Shown: positions 12,811 through 27,422 of the stretch, piece by piece
How positions within the stretch are numbered: the first letter of the stretch is position 1
Layout: each line of letters begins with the position of its first letter
NCBI GenBank assembly: GCA_002269645.1
Contig: NIVC01001329.1
Coordinates: 114,325-178,324, forward strand
Origin: Macrostomum lignano
Taxonomy: Eukaryota
Direction of reading: 5' to 3'
Length of the DNA stretch: 64,000 nt
Notes under the pieces: generated by a model
Told to the model about the DNA's origin: nothing
Databases searched by the model: none
Seen by the model: only the letters and a program-made list of their open reading frames with translations
Program-made: the position numbers and the translations under genes

Positions 12811-13190
12811 GGAATTTACCTACATGTACTCTCGCATATTGACGGATTTTCTTAAGGATAATGACTTGAAAATTTTGACTCACCCATAGGCAGGTTTAAC
12901 TACAACACTTCAGATATTTTATTATTCAGAAAAATAATATAATTCCTCCGCGGTCTGTTCTGTCGAGCTGGTAAATCTTTCTACTCACAGCAGTTAGTTT
13001 CTATTTATACTAAAATTTATTAAACAATAATTCTTCACGTCGAAACGAGGCGAATTTTGCTACTTTAAGTAGTGCGCCGTGTATATTCTCACTAGTTAAA
13101 ATATTTTATTCTTTTATGAGGCAAAAGAAATTAGAAAGCAGAATTTTTTACCAATTTAAACAACCTGCGAATCTCTGATTCAACCAGAGT

Positions 13191-16100
13191 AGCGCCAACC
13201 AGATCCTCAGAATGGCGCCTCCCAGATTCTCAGAATGGCGCCTCCCAGATCCTCAGAATGGCGCCTCTTAGATCTTCAGAATGGCGCCTCCCAGATTCTC
13301 AGAATGGCGCCTCCCAGATCCTCAGAATGGCGCCTTCCAGATCCTCAGAATGGCGCCTCTCAGATTCTCAGAATGGCGCCTCCCAGATCTTCAGAATGGC
13401 GCCGCCCAGATCCTCAGAATGGCGCCTCCCAGATCATCAGAATGGCGCCTCCCAGATCATCAGAATGGCGCCCCTCATATCCTTAGAATGGCGCCCTCAA
13501 ATCCTCAGAATGGCGCCCCTCATATCCTTAGAATGGCGCCCTTCATATCCTTAGAATGGCGCCCTCAGATCCTCAGAATGGCGCCCCTTATATCCTTAGA
13601 ATGGCACCCTTCGGATTCTTAGAATGGCGCCTCCCAGATCATTAGAATGGCGCCCCTCAGATCCCCAGAATGGCGCCCCTCAGATCCTCAGAATGACGCC
13701 TCCCAGATCATCAGAATGGCGCCAACCAGATCCTCAGAATGGCGCCCCTCAGATCCTCAGAATGGCGCCCCTCAGATCATCAGAATGGCGCCCCTCAGAT
13801 TCTCAGAATGGCGCCAACCAGATCCTCAGAATAGCGCCTCCCAGATCATCAGAATGGCGCCCCTCAGATTCTCAGAATGGCGCCCCTCATATCCTTAGAA
13901 TGGCGCCCTCAGATCCTCAGAATGGCGCCTCTCAGATCATCAGAATGGCGCCTCCCAGATCATCAGAATGGCGCCCCTCATATCCTTAGAATGGCGCCCT
14001 CAGATCCTCAGAATGGCGCCCCTCATATCCTTAGAATGGCGCCCTTCGGATTCTTAGAATGGCGCCTCCCAGATCATTAGAATGGCGCCCCTCAGATCCT
14101 CAGAATGGCGCCTCCTAGATCCTCAGAATGGCGCCAACCAGATCATCAGAATGGCGCCTCCCAGATCATCAGAATGGCGCCCCTCATATCCTTAGAATGG
14201 CGCCCTCAGATCCTCAGAATGGCGCCCCTCATATCCTTAGAATGGCGCCCTTCGGATTCTTAGAATGGCGCCTCCCAGATCATTAGAATGGCGCCCCTCA
14301 GATCCTCAGAATGGCGCCTCCTAGATCCTCAGAATGGCGCCAACCAGATCCTCAGAATGGCGCCAACCAGATCCTCAGAATGGCGCCCCTCAGATCCTCA
14401 GAATGGCGCCTCCCAGATCATCAGAATGGCGCCCCTCAGATTCTCAGAATGGCGCCAACCAGATCCTCAGAATGGCGCCCCTCAGATCCTCAGAATGGCG
14501 CCCCTCAGATCATCAGAATGGCGCCTCCCAGATCAGAATGGCGCCTCCCAGATCAGAATGGCGCCTCCCAGATCATCAGAATGGCGCCTCCCAGATCATC
14601 AGAATGGCGCCAACCAGATCCTCAGAATAGCGCCTCCCAGATCATCAGAATAGCGCCCCTCATATCCTTAGAATGGCGCCCTCAGATCCTCAGAATGGCG
14701 CCCCTCATATCCTTAGAATGGCGCCCTCAAATCCTCAGAATGGCGCCCCTCATATCCTTAGAATGGCGCCCTTCATATCCTTAGAATGGCGCCCTCAGAT
14801 CCTCAGAATGGCGCCCCTTATATCCTTAGAATGGCACCCTTCGGATTCTTAGAATGGCGCCTCCCAGATCATTAGAATGGCGCCCCTCAGATCCTCAGAA
14901 TGGCGACCCTCAGATCCTCAGAATGACGCCTCCCAGATCATCAGAATGGCGCCAACCAGATCCTCAGAATGGCGCCCCTCAGATCCTCAGAATGGCGCCC
15001 CTCAGATCATCAGAATGGCGCCCCTCAGATTCTCAGAATGGCGCCAACCAGATCCTCAGAATAGCGCCTCCCAGATCATCAGAATGGCGCCCCTCAGATT
15101 CTCAGAATGGCGCCCCTCATATCCTTAGAATGGCGCCCTCAGATCCTCAGAATGGCGCCCCTCATATCCTTAGAATGGCGCCTTCATATCCTTAGAATGG
15201 CGCCCCTCAGATTCTCAGAATGGCGCCTCCCAGATCCTCAGAATGGCGCCTTCCAGATCCTCAGAATGGCGCCTCCCAGATCATCAGAATGGCGCCAACC
15301 AGATCCTCAGAATAGCGCCTCCCAGATCCTCAGAATGGCGCCCCTCATATCCTTAGAATGGCGCCCTCAGATCCTCAGAATGGCGCCCCTCATATCCTTA
15401 GAATGGCGCCCTCAGATCCTCAGAATGGCGCCCTCATATCCTTAGAATGGCGCCCTTCATATCCTTAGAATGGCGCCCTCAGATCCTCAGAATGGCGCCC
15501 CTTATATCCTTAGAATGGCACCCTTCGGATTCTTAGAATGGCGCCTCCCAGATCATTAGAATGGCGCCCCTCAGATCCTCAGAATGGCGCCCCTCAGATC
15601 CTCAGAATGACGCCTCCCAGATCATCAGAATGGCGCCAACCAGATCCTCAGAATGGCGCCAACCAGATCCTCAGAATAGCGCCTCCCAGATCATCAGAAT
15701 AGCGCCCCTCATATCCTTAGAATGGCGCCCTCAGATCCTCAGAATGGCGCCCCTCATATCCTTAGAATGGCGCCCTCAAATCCTCAGAATGGCGCCCCTC
15801 ATATCCTTAGAATGGCGCCCTTCATATCCTTAGAATGGCGCCCTCAGATTCTCAGAATGGCGCCAACCAGATCCTCAGAATAGCGCCTCCCAGATCATCA
15901 GAATGGCGCCCCTCAGATTCTCAGAATGGCGCCCCTCATATCCTTAGAATGGCGCCCTCAGATCCTCAGAATGGCGCCTCTCAGATCATCAGAATGGCGC
16001 CTCCCAGATCATCAGAATGGCGCCCCTCATATCCTTAGAATGGCGCCCTCAGATCCTCAGAATGGCGCCCCTCATATCCTTAGAATGGCGCCCTTCGGAT

Positions 16101-19100
16101 TCTTAGAATGGCGCCTCCCAGATCATTAGAATGGCGCCCCTCAGATCCTCAGAATGGCGCCTCCTAGATCCTCAGAATGGCGCCAACCAGATCATCAGAA
16201 TGGCGCCTCCCAGATCATCAGAATGGCGCCCCTCATATCCTTAGAATGGCGCCCTCAGATCCTCAGAATGGCGCCCCTCATATCCTTAGAATGGCGCCCT
16301 TCGGATTCTTAGAATGGCGCCTCCCAGATCATTAGAATGGCGCCCCTCAGATCCTCAGAATGGCGCCTCCTAGATCCTCAGAATGGCGCCAACCAGATCC
16401 TCAGAATGGCGCCAACCAGATCCTCAGAATGGCGCCCCTCAGATCCTCAGAATGGCGCCTCCCAGATCATCAGAATGGCGCCCCTCAGATTCTCAGAATG
16501 GCGCCAACCAGATCCTCAGAATGGCGCCCCTCAGATCCTCAGAATGGCGCCCCTCAGATCATCAGAATGGCGCCTCCCAGATCAGAATGGCGCCTCCCAG
16601 ATCAGAATGGCGCCTCCCAGATCATCAGAATGGCGCCTCCCAGATCATCAGAATGGCGCCAACCAGATCCTCAGAATAGCGCCTCCCAGATCATCAGAAT
16701 AGCGCCCCTCATATCCTTAGAATGGCGCCCTCAGATCCTCAGAATGGCGCCCCTCATATCCTTAGAATGGCGCCCTCAAATCCTCAGAATGGCGCCCCTC
16801 ATATCCTTAGAATGGCGCCCTTCATATCCTTAGAATGGCGCCCTCAGATCCTCAGAATGGCGCCCCTTATATCCTTAGAATGGCACCCTTCGGATTCTTA
16901 GAATGGCGCCTCCCAGATCATTAGAATGGCGCCCCTCAGATCCTCAGAATGGCGCCCCTCAGATCCTGAGAATGACGCCTCCCAGATCATCAGAATGGCG
17001 CCAACCAGATCCTCAGAATGGCGCCAACCAGATCCTCAGAATAGCGCCTCCCAGATCATCAGAATAGCGCCCCTCATATCCTTAGAATGGCGCCCTCAGA
17101 TCCTCAGAATGGCGCCCCTCATATCCTTAGAATGGCGCCCTCAAATCCTCAGAATGGCGCCCCTCATATCCTTAGAATGGCGCCCTTCATATCCTTAGAA
17201 TGGCGCCCTCAGATCCTCAGAATGGCGCCCCTTATATCCTTAGAATGGCACCCTTCGGATTCTTAGAATGGCGCCTCCCAGATCATTAGAATGGCGCCCC
17301 TCAGATCCTCAGAATGGCGCCCCTCAGATCCTCAGAATGACGCCTCCCAGATCATCAGAATGGCGCCAACCAGATCCTCAGAATGGCGCCCCTCAGATCC
17401 TCAGAATGGCGCCCCTCAGATCATCAGAATGGCGCCCCTCAGATTCTCAGAATGGCGCCAACCAGATCCTCAGAATAGCGCCTCCCAGATCATCAGAATG
17501 GCGCCCCTCAGATTCTCAGAATGGCGCCCCTCATATCCTTAGAATGGCGCCCTCAGATCCTCAGAATGGCGCCTCTCAGATCATCAGAATGGCGCCTCCC
17601 AGATCATCAGAATGGCGCCCCTCATATCCTTAGAATGGCGCCCTCAGATCCTCAGAATGGCGCCCCTCATATCCTTAGAATGGCGCCCTTCGGATTCTTA
17701 GAATGGCGCCTCCCAGATCATTAGAATGGCGCCCCTCAGATCCTCAGAATGGCGCCTCCTAGATCCTCAGAATGGCGCCAACCAGATCATCAGAATGGCG
17801 CCTCCCAGATCATCAGAATGGCGCCCCTCATATCCTTAGAATGGCGCCCTCAGATCCTCAGAATGGCGCCCCTCATATCCTTAGAATGGCGCCCTTCGGA
17901 TTCTTAGAATGGCGCCTCCCAGATCATTAGAATGGCGCCCCTCAGATCCTCAGAATGGCGCCTCCTAGATCCTCAGAATGGCGCCAACCAGATCCTCAGA
18001 ATGGCGCCAACCAGATCCTCAGAATGGCGCCCCTCAGATCCTCAGAATGGCGCCTCCCAGATCATCAGAATGGCGCCCCTCAGATTCTCAGAATGGCGCC
18101 AACCAGATCCTCAGAATGGCGCCCCTCAGATCCTCAGAATGGCGCCCTCAGATCATCAGAATGGCGCCTCCCAGATCAGAATGGCGCCTCCCAGATCAGA
18201 ATGGCGCCTCCCAGATCATCAGAATGGCGCCTCCCAGATCATCAGAATGGCGCCAACCAGATCCTCAGAATAGCGCCTCCCAGATCATCAGAATAGCGCC
18301 CCTCATATCCTTAGAATGGCGCCCTCAGATCCTCAGAATGGCGCCCCTCATATCCTTAGAATGGCGCCCTTCGGATTCTTAGAATGGCGCCTCCCAGATC
18401 ATTAGAATGGCGCCCCTCAGATCCTCAGAATGGCGACCCTCAGATCCTCAGAATGACGCCTCCCAGATCATCAGAATGGCGCCAACCAGATCCTCAGAAT
18501 GGCGCCCCTCAGATCCTCAGAATGGCGCCCCTCAGATCATCAGAATGGCGCCCCTCAGATTCTCAGAATGGCGCCAACCAGATCCTCAGAATAGCGCCTC
18601 CCAGATCATCAGAATGGCGCCCCTCAGATTCTCAGAATGGCGCCCCTCATATCCTTAGAATGGCGCCCTCAGATCCTCAGAATGGCGCCCCTCATATCCT
18701 TAGAATGGCGCCTTCATATCCTTAGAATGGCGCCCCTCAGATTCTCAGAATGGCGCCTCCCAGATCCTCAGAATGGCGCCTTCCAGATCCTCAGAATGGC
18801 GCCTCCCAGATCATCAGAATGGCGCCAACCAGATCCTCAGAATAGCGCCTCCCAGATCCTCAGAATGGCGCCCCTCATATCCTTAGAATGGCGCCCTCAG
18901 ATCCTCAGAATGGCGCCCCTCATATCCTTAGAATGGCGCCCTCAGATCCTCAGAATGGCGCCCTCATATCCTTAGAATGGCGCCCTTCATATCCTTAGAA
19001 TGGCGCCCTCAGATCCTCAGAATGGCGCCCCTTATATCCTTAGAATGGCACCCTTCGGATTCTTAGAATGGCGCCTCCCAGATCATTAGAATGGCGCCCC

Positions 19101-22100
19101 TCAGATCCTCAGAATGGCGCCCCTCAGATCCTCAGAATGACGCCTCCCAGATCATCAGAATGGCGCCAACCAGATCCTCAGAATGGCGCCAACCAGATCC
19201 TCAGAATAGCGCCTCCCAGATCATCAGAATAGCGCCCCTCATATCCTTAGAATGGCGCCCTCAGATCCTCAGAATGGCGCCCCTCATATCCTTAGAATGG
19301 CGCCCTCAAATCCTCAGAATGGCGCCCCTCATATCCTTAGAATGGCGCCCTTCATATCCTTAGAATGGCGCCCTCAGATTCTCAGAATGGCGCCAACCAG
19401 ATCCTCAGAATAGCGCCTCCCAGATCATCAGAATGGCGCCCCTCAGATTCTCAGAATGGCGCCCCTCATATCCTTAGAATGGCGCCCTCAGATCCTCAGA
19501 ATGGCGCCTCTCAGATCATCAGAATGGCGCCTCCCAGATCATCAGAATGGCGCCCCTCATATCCTTAGAATGGCGCCCTCAGATCCTCAGAATGGCGCCC
19601 CTCATATCCTTAGAATGGCGCCCTTCGGATTCTTAGAATGGCGCCTCCCAGATCATTAGAATGGCGCCCCTCAGATCCTCAGAATGGCGCCTCCTAGATC
19701 CTCAGAATGGCGCCAACCAGATCATCAGAATGGCGCCTCCCAGATCATCAGAATGGCGCCCCTCATATCCTTAGAATGGCGCCCTCAGATCCTCAGAATG
19801 GCGCCCCTCATATCCTTAGAATGGCGCCCTTCGGATTCTTAGAATGGCGCCTCCCAGATCATTAGAATGGCGCCCCTCAGATCCTCAGAATGGCGCCTCC
19901 TAGATCCTCAGAATGGCGCCAACCAGATCCTCAGAATGGCGCCAACCAGATCCTCAGAATGGCGCCCCTCAGATCCTCAGAATGGCGCCTCCCAGATCAT
20001 CAGAATGGCGCCCCTCAGATTCTCAGAATGGCGCCAACCAGATCCTCAGAATGGCGCCCCTCAGATCCTCAGAATGGCGCCCCTCAGATCATCAGAATGG
20101 CGCCTCCCAGATCAGAATGGCGCCTCCCAGATCAGAATGGCGCCTCCCAGATCATCAGAATGGCGCCTCCCAGATCATCAGAATGGCGCCAACCAGATCC
20201 TCAGAATAGCGCCTCCCAGATCATCAGAATAGCGCCCCTCATATCCTTAGAATGGCGCCCTCAGATCCTCAGAATGGCGCCCCTCATATCCTTAGAATGG
20301 CGCCCTCAAATCCTCAGAATGGCGCCCCTCATATCCTTAGAATGGCGCCCTTCATATCCTTAGAATGGCGCCCTCAGATCCTCAGAATGGCGCCCCTTAT
20401 ATCCTTAGAATGGCACCCTTCGGATTCTTAGAATGGCGCCTCCCAGATCATTAGAATGGCGCCCCTCAGATCCTCAGAATGGCGCCCCTCAGATCCTGAG
20501 AATGACGCCTCCCAGATCATCAGAATGGCGCCAACCAGATCCTCAGAATGGCGCCAACCAGATCCTCAGAATAGCGCCTCCCAGATCATCAGAATAGCGC
20601 CCCTCATATCCTTAGAATGGCGCCCTCAGATCCTCAGAATGGCGCCCCTCATATCCTTAGAATGGCGCCCTCAAATCCTCAGAATGGCGCCCCTCATATC
20701 CTTAGAATGGCGCCCTTCATATCCTTAGAATGGCGCCCTCAGATCCTCAGAATGGCGCCCCTTATATCCTTAGAATGGCACCCTTCGGATTCTTAGAATG
20801 GCGCCTCCCAGATCATTAGAATGGCGCCCCTCAGATCCTCAGAATGGCGCCCCTCAGATCCTCAGAATGACGCCTCCCAGATCATCAGAATGGCGCCAAC
20901 CAGATCCTCAGAATGGCGCCCCTCAGATCCTCAGAATGGCGCCCCTCAGATCATCAGAATGGCGCCCCTCAGATTCTCAGAATGGCGCCAACCAGATCCT
21001 CAGAATAGCGCCTCCCAGATCATCAGAATGGCGCCCTCAGATTCTCAGAATGGCGCCCCTCATATCCTTAGAATGGCGCCCTCAGATCCTCAGAATGGCG
21101 CCTCTCAGATCATCAGAATGGCGCCTCCCAGATCATCAGAATGGCGCCCCTCATATCCTTAGAATGGCGCCCTCAGATCCTCAGAATGGCGCCCCTCATA
21201 TCCTTAGAATGGCGCCCTTCGGATTCTTAGAATGGCGCCTCCCAGATCATTAGAATGGCGCCCCTCAGATCCTCAGAATGGCGCCTCCTAGATCCTCAGA
21301 ATGGCGCCAACCAGATCATCAGAATGGCGCCTCCCAGATCATCAGAATGGCGCCCCTCATATCCTTAGAATGGCGCCCTCAGATCCTCAGAATGGCGCCC
21401 CTCATATCCTTAGAATGGCGCCCTTCGGATTCTTAGAATGGCGCCTCCCAGATCATTAGAATGGCGCCCCTCAGATCCTCAGAATGGCGCCTCCTAGATC
21501 CTCAGAATGGCGCCAACCAGATCCTCAGAATGGCGCCAACCAGATCCTCAGAATGGCGCCCCTCAGATCCTCAGAATGGCGCCTCCCAGATCATCAGAAT
21601 GGCGCCCCTCAGATTCTCAGAATGGCGCCAACCAGATCCTCAGAATGGCGCCCCTCAGATCCTCAGAATGGCGCCCCTCAGATCATCAGAATGGCGCCTC
21701 CCAGATCAGAATGGCGCCTCCCAGATCAGAATGGCGCCTCCCAGATCATCAGAATGGCGCCTCCCAGATCATCAGAATGGCGCCAACCAGATCCTCAGAA
21801 TAGCGCCTCCCAGATCATCAGAATAGCGCCCCTCATATCCTTAGAATGGCGCCCTCAGATCCTCAGAATGGCGCCCCTCATATCCTTAGAATGGCGCCCT
21901 TCGGATTCTTAGAATGGCGCCTCCCAGATCATTAGAATGGCGCCCCTCAGATCCTCAGAATGGCGCCTCCTAGATCCTCAGAATGGCGCCAACCAGATCA
22001 TCAGAATGGCGCCTCCCAGATCCTTAGAATGGCACCCCTACAGATTCTCAGAATGGCGCCCCTCAGACTCTCAGAATGGCGCCCCTCATCAGATCCTCAG
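13191..22100. repeat. ~23-bp satellite (agaatggcgcctcccagatcctc and variants) with 3530-bp higher-order repeat
   Basis: Roughly 390 units. Identical ORF translations recur at a 3530-bp offset (14854/18384, 15561/19091, 16337/19867, 16926/20456). Confidence 0.97.
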
Positions 22101-22606
22101 ACCTGCAGATCCATGCAGAATAGATCTATAGTCACTCATTTTAAACGGAGATACGGAGAGCATTCTGTTTGCAAACGTGTAATCAGCTGAGTTTTCAATA
22201 ATCAATATGCCAAGCATTCAGCTGCCAGCAGTGCAATAATCGCCCTTAGATTGTAACTACATATAGGAAATCTGCTTACCAACCCCGTCCGTTAGGCGCG
22301 CACACATTGAACACCTGCAGTGCGCAGTCAGAATTGAATCAATCACCGGCATGTAGAGATTGCTGATTACTTGTCAACTGAGTTGGATTAATTTCCTATA
22401 CGCGTAAATATGTGTTACTTCTGGGCTAAGCAATATTTGAATGGCTGTAAACTCTCTTCCATTTCCAGTGAATATCCTGTATAGTGTATGGTGCATGGGT
22501 GGGACGGATGCAGCTGCACATTTGATGACAGTGTGTTGCATATTTGGGAGCTTATGAATCGGGTTGAATTACCCAATCAATTCCTGGCCTCTGTGTCTGT
22601 CACTCT

Positions 22607-23826
22607 GGCTCTCAGTGCTGAGGGTTAAGAGAGAGCCGCTCTCAGTGCTGAGGGTTAAGAGAGAGCCGCTCTCAGTGCTGAGGGTTAAGGGAGAGCCGCT
22701 CTCAGTGCTGAAGGTTAAGGGAGAGCGGCTCTCAGTGCTGAAGGTTAAGGGAGAGCCGCTCTCAGTGCTGAGGGTTAAGGGAGAGCCGCTCTCAGTGCTG
22801 AGGGTTAAGGGAGAGCCGCTCTCAGTGCTGAAGGTTAAGGGAGAGCCGCTCTCAGTGCTGAAGGTTAAGGGAGAGCCGCTCTCAGTGCTGAGGGTTAAGG
22901 GAGAGCGGCTCTCAGTGCTGAAGGTTAAGGGAGAGCCGCTCTCAGTGCTGAAGGTTAAGGGAGAGCCGCTCTCAGTGCTGAAGGTTAAGAGAAAGCCGCT
23001 CTCAGTGCTGAGGGTTAAGAGAGAGCCGCTCTCAGTGCTGAGGGTTAAGGGAGAGCCGCTCTCAGTGCTGAAGGTTAAGGGAGAGCGGCTCTCAGTGCTG
23101 AAGGTTAAGGGAGAGCCGCTCTCAGTGCTGAGGGTTAAGGGAGAGCCGCTCTCAGTGCTGAAGGTTAAGGGAGAGCCGCTCTCAGTGCTGAAGGTTAAGG
23201 GAGAGCCGCTCTCAGTGCTGAAGGTTAAGGGAGAGCCGCTCTCAGTGCTGAGGGTTAAGGGAGAGCGGCTCTCAGTGCTGAAGGTTAAGGGAGAGCCGCT
23301 CTCAGTGCTGAAGGTTAAGGGAGAGCCGCTCTCAGTGCTGAAGGTTAAGAGAAAGCCGCTCTCAGTGCTGAGGGTTAAGAGAGAGCCGCTCTCAGTGCTG
23401 AGGGTTAAGGGAGAGCCGCTCTCAGTGCTGAAGGTTAAGGGAGAGCGGCTCTCAGTGCTGAAGGTTAAGGGAGAGCCGCTCTCAGTGCTGAAGGTTAAGA
23501 GAGAGCCGCTCTCAGTGCTGAGGGTTAAGGGAGAGCCGCTCTCAGTGCTGAAGGTTAAGGGAGAGCCGCTCTCGGTGCTGAAGGTTAAGGGAGAGCCGCT
23601 CTCAGTGCTGAAGGTTAAGAGAGAGCCGCTCTCAGTGCTGAGGGTTAAGGGAGAGCCGCTCTCAGTGCTGAAGGTTAAGGGAGAGCCGCTCTCAGTGCTG
23701 AAGGTTAAGGGAGAGCCGCTCTCAGTGCTGAAGGTTAAGGGAGAGCCGCTCTCAGTGCTGAGGGTTAAGAGAGAGCCGCTCTCAGTGCTGAGGGTTAAGA
23801 GAGAGCCGCTCTCAGTGCTGAAGGTT
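22607..23826. repeat. 30-bp minisatellite, ~40 copies
   Basis: ctctcagtgctgaaggttaagggagagccg; the unit junction forms GAGAG-ccg-CTCTC. Confidence 0.97.
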
Positions 23827-24440
23827 TTGAAGCGTCCTCTTAACGTTATTTATTGGTCAGTTTTGCTCATATTTCCAGTCGTATTTGTTACACTGACTCT
23901 CCTTGGCCTGGAGTGGAATGGTTCTCACAATAAACCTTCCGTACCTTCCGGTTTCTCCACAATGTCCTTATTAGTTGGTTGCCACTGCATTATTATCTGT
24001 GTTAGAAATCTAAAATGAGGATATGTAATCTTGGGAATTTGGAACAAGCCGAGTTCACATGTGCGCCCACTTATTTCGCTATATAATGCTAGTTTAAAGC
24101 TATGAGACAGCCATTCATATACAGTTAATGCAGTTCGAAATATGTTATATATATGTGCTTACCATTGACATCCTTGCGTATTTTGCTTTTATATCTATGG
24201 ATCTCGGAACTGGTTCAAGTTTTGAAAATATTCTTTAAAATTGTATATAAGGAGGATCTGGGATGTCCCTCGAGCGAGCGGGGGCACGGGAAGCGGCACT
24301 CATATTTTCTTAACAATAATGTTTAGATCGAATATTGTTTAGGAAAGGTTGGCTGCTTCAAATGACACTGAGTTTCTTGTAAAGCTGTGGGGAAACTGAC
24401 AATGAAGAGTTTTCTGGATTTTTTTCTCCAACTTTTCCAC

Positions 24441-24820
24441 TCTCATAGACGATTCTCATAGACAATTCTCATAGACTATTCTCATAGACTATTCTCATAG
24501 ACTATTCTCATACACAATTCTCATAGACAATTCTCATTGACTATTCTCATAGACTATTCTCATAGACAATTCTCATAGACGATTCTCATAGACAATTCTC
24601 ATAGACAATTCTCATAGACAATTCTCATAGACAATTCTCATAGACAATTCTCATAGACAATTCTCATAGACAATTCTCATAGACAATTCTCATTGACTAT
24701 TCTCATAGACAATTCTCATAGACAATTCTGATAGACAATTCTCATAGACAATTCTTATACACAATTCTCATAGACAATTCTCATAGACAATTCTCATAGA
24801 CAATTCTCATAGACAATTCG
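24441..24820. repeat. 13-bp minisatellite (gacaattctcata)
   Basis: Direct reading. Confidence 0.95.
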
Positions 24821-25351
24821 CTCATAGCTGCGGCCAGATGAGAGAGAAAAGGAGAGGGAATAGAGAAGCGGAAATAGAAGATGAGAGAAGAGATGATTCA
24901 GAAGTTAGATTGGATTGCTATAGTAAATTAGAGAGGCCTCTTGCAGAGCCGCATGTGTTTTAAGCCATGAGGCATAGGGGATGGGTAGGGTGAGGCGGGG
25001 GCTGCTTTTGCAGGTTAATCGGGTGTGCAGACACCCAGTTGAGGTCGCGTGTTGGCCAAACCTCTCCGGAGTCTTTCAAGTGGAAAAGAATTCTTCCCGC
25101 TAAACAGACACCAAGCAATCCGGCGCATTGCAACCGCTTATTCATTGAGAAAGTTTTATATAAAGCTAGAGGATCAGTTGAAATTTTCCCATTTTCACAC
25201 TGCTTGTCACCTGTCCACCCCTTAGTCGCTGCATGGCATCGGGGTTTTCTCTCTGATTGAATAGACTGAACTATACTCTTTCTATGTGAAACATCCAGCT
25301 GAGAGCTGGTGGCCAGTGCTGTCTGGAAACCATGTTTTTCGCAGTCTTTTT

Positions 25352-26160
25352 AAGAGAGAGAGGAGAGAGGGGAGAGAGAAGGCAGAAGAGAGGTGGATAT
25401 GGGTGAAAGGGGCACAGGGGCGAATAGATCAGGGAGGTTGGGGAGAGTAGAGGAGGGGAGAGTAGAGAGAGGAGGGAAGAGAAGAGAGAGTAGGGGAGAG
25501 AAGAGAGAGGAGGGGAGAGAAGAGAGAGAATGGGAGAGAAGAGAGAGAATGGGAGAGAAGAGAGAGAATGGGAGAGAAGAGGAGGGGAGAGAAAAAGAGG
25601 AGAGAAGAGAGAGGAGAGGAGAAGGGAGAGGTGAGAGGGAAGAGGAGAGGAGAGAGCGGAGATGAGAGAGGGAGAGGAGAGGAGAGAGTGGAGAGGAGAG
25701 AGGAGAGAGTGGAGAGGAGAGAGGAGAGAGGAGAGGAGAGGAGAGAGCGGAGATGAGAGAGGGAGAGGAGAGGAGAGAGTGGAGAGGAGAGAGGAGAGAG
25801 GAGAGGAGAGGAGAGAGGGGAGATGAGAGAGGGGAGAGGAGAGGAGAGAGCGGAGATGAGAGAAGGAGAGGAGAGGAGAGCGGAGATGAGAGAGAGAGAG
25901 GAGAGGAGAGAGCGGAGATGAGAGAGGGAGAGGAGAGGAGAGAGCGGAGATGAGAGAGGGGAGAGGAGAGGAGAGAGCGGAGATGAGAGAGGGGAGAGGA
26001 GAGGAGAGAGCGGAGATGAGAGAGAGAGAGGAGAGGAGAGAGCGGAGATGAGAGAGAGAGAGGAGAGGAGAGAGCGGAGATGAGAGAGGGGAGAGGAGAG
26101 GAGAGAGCGGAGATGAGAAAGGGGAGAGGAGAGGAGAGAGCGGAGATGAGAGAGGAGATA
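25352..26160. repeat. Polypurine low-complexity tract (GAGAG/GGAGA)
   Basis: Direct reading. Confidence 0.95.
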
Positions 26161-26931
26161 AAGACAGTGCAGGAAGACAAAGGTGACGAATGCAGGTTGA
26201 AATGATCCGAAGCAGTTTTCAAGTTATGAAGCAGAATCGTCTTGCCTACTAAAATTACTGAAAAGTTTGGCAACCATTGAGTATAGACAATAAATAATTT
26301 TTTCCTTTCCTTCAATGGGTGTCTCTGACTGAGATCTTAACTATATCGCTCTATAACTCCATGGCATGTTTGACCAGTTGTCTATTCATTCCCAGGCAGT
26401 AATTTATATCAGGCATTGAGATTGAGAACCTTATACTCGTATATCAAATATCCCTTTTAACCTGAGCACTGCTGCAGGTGTTCAAGCAGGCGGTCTCGCA
26501 CACAGCAGCCACTTGAGTTTGGTCCCTGCAGCAGGTCCTGACTCCTGAATATTTATATAACATTTCAGAATGGAATTGTCTCGATACAGAGCAGCCCTGC
26601 CAGCCTTTGGGTATTATAATGGTTGAAAAATTGGAGAATCCAGTTGCAACAAAAAAGCACAGAGGGAGGGGGGTTTGCTTATTGGATATTGGGGGCTTCG
26701 GCTGTGTTTGTTCACCTTGTAGGCTGTGTTGGATCTGCAGACCTGTTTTATACTGCATTTGGAGTGGCAATTGATATTCCCCAATAATACAGCGATCCCA
26801 CCGCTCTCTGCATACACAGTTTGTTAAGATTCATTATTTATGCTGAATCTGCATTTAAAGTATAATAAAAATAGCAAATTTCATTTTCGCGCACAAGCCT
26901 CAAATAAATGACTAAAGACAACAATTTGATC

Positions 26932-27110
26932 CAGTAGCGGATCCAGAAAATGTTGAACGTGGGGGGGGGCGCAGACTACTAAGGTACATATATATTCATA
27001 TCATGTACAAGTATATGTACATGATAATGTGTATTTACCATATAAAAAATAAAGAAAATCAAACTCAACGGGGGGCGCGCCCTGTGCGCCCCCCTCTAAA
27101 TCCGCTAACG
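26932..27110. mobile_element. 179-bp MITE, probably hAT-derived
   Basis: Imperfect TIRs CAGTAGCGGATCCAGA / TCTAAATCCGCTAACG with internal G/C-run complementarity. Flanked by an exact 8-bp direct repeat ATTTGATC (26924-26931 and 27111-27118). Confidence 0.7.
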
Positions 27111-27422
27111 ATTTGATCGAGTTAGAAAGAAGTTGAGTCTGTAGCTTCTTTCATGTTTGCTCCGATCGTCATTAAAAAAATGTCAGCCACTAAGAGTAAG
27201 AGCCAAGCAGCTCTCTCATTGGCTGGGCACACGAGGCCACCCCCTGGCCTTGCGATAACGGGAGCCAATACCGAGAGGGAAGCGGCTGAGGAGTTAGTTG
27301 GCTGGCGGAGCAGCGAGATATTATAGCCAAGAATTTTAAATGCCTGCTCAATAAAGCCAGCCAGAATTGCTTTCAGTTCAATTCTTATTTCCTAAACTAG
27401 AAAACACAAACGGTCAGAAAAA

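Noticed and set aside
13235-22190. Dozens of MAPPRSSEWR-type ORFs, and the array as a possible CRISPR
   Set aside because: They are translations of a 23-bp satellite. There are no unique spacers and no cas genes, and the context is eukaryotic.
22564-24018. 484-aa ORF (EPLSVLKVKG)n
   Set aside because: It stays open only because the 30-bp unit has no stop in this frame. It starts at TTG and there is no other coding evidence.
25350-26315. Leu/Ser-rich and Glu/Arg-rich ORFs here and at 12374-12883, 39889-40382 and 41692-42396
   Set aside because: They are translations of polypurine/polypyrimidine tracts.
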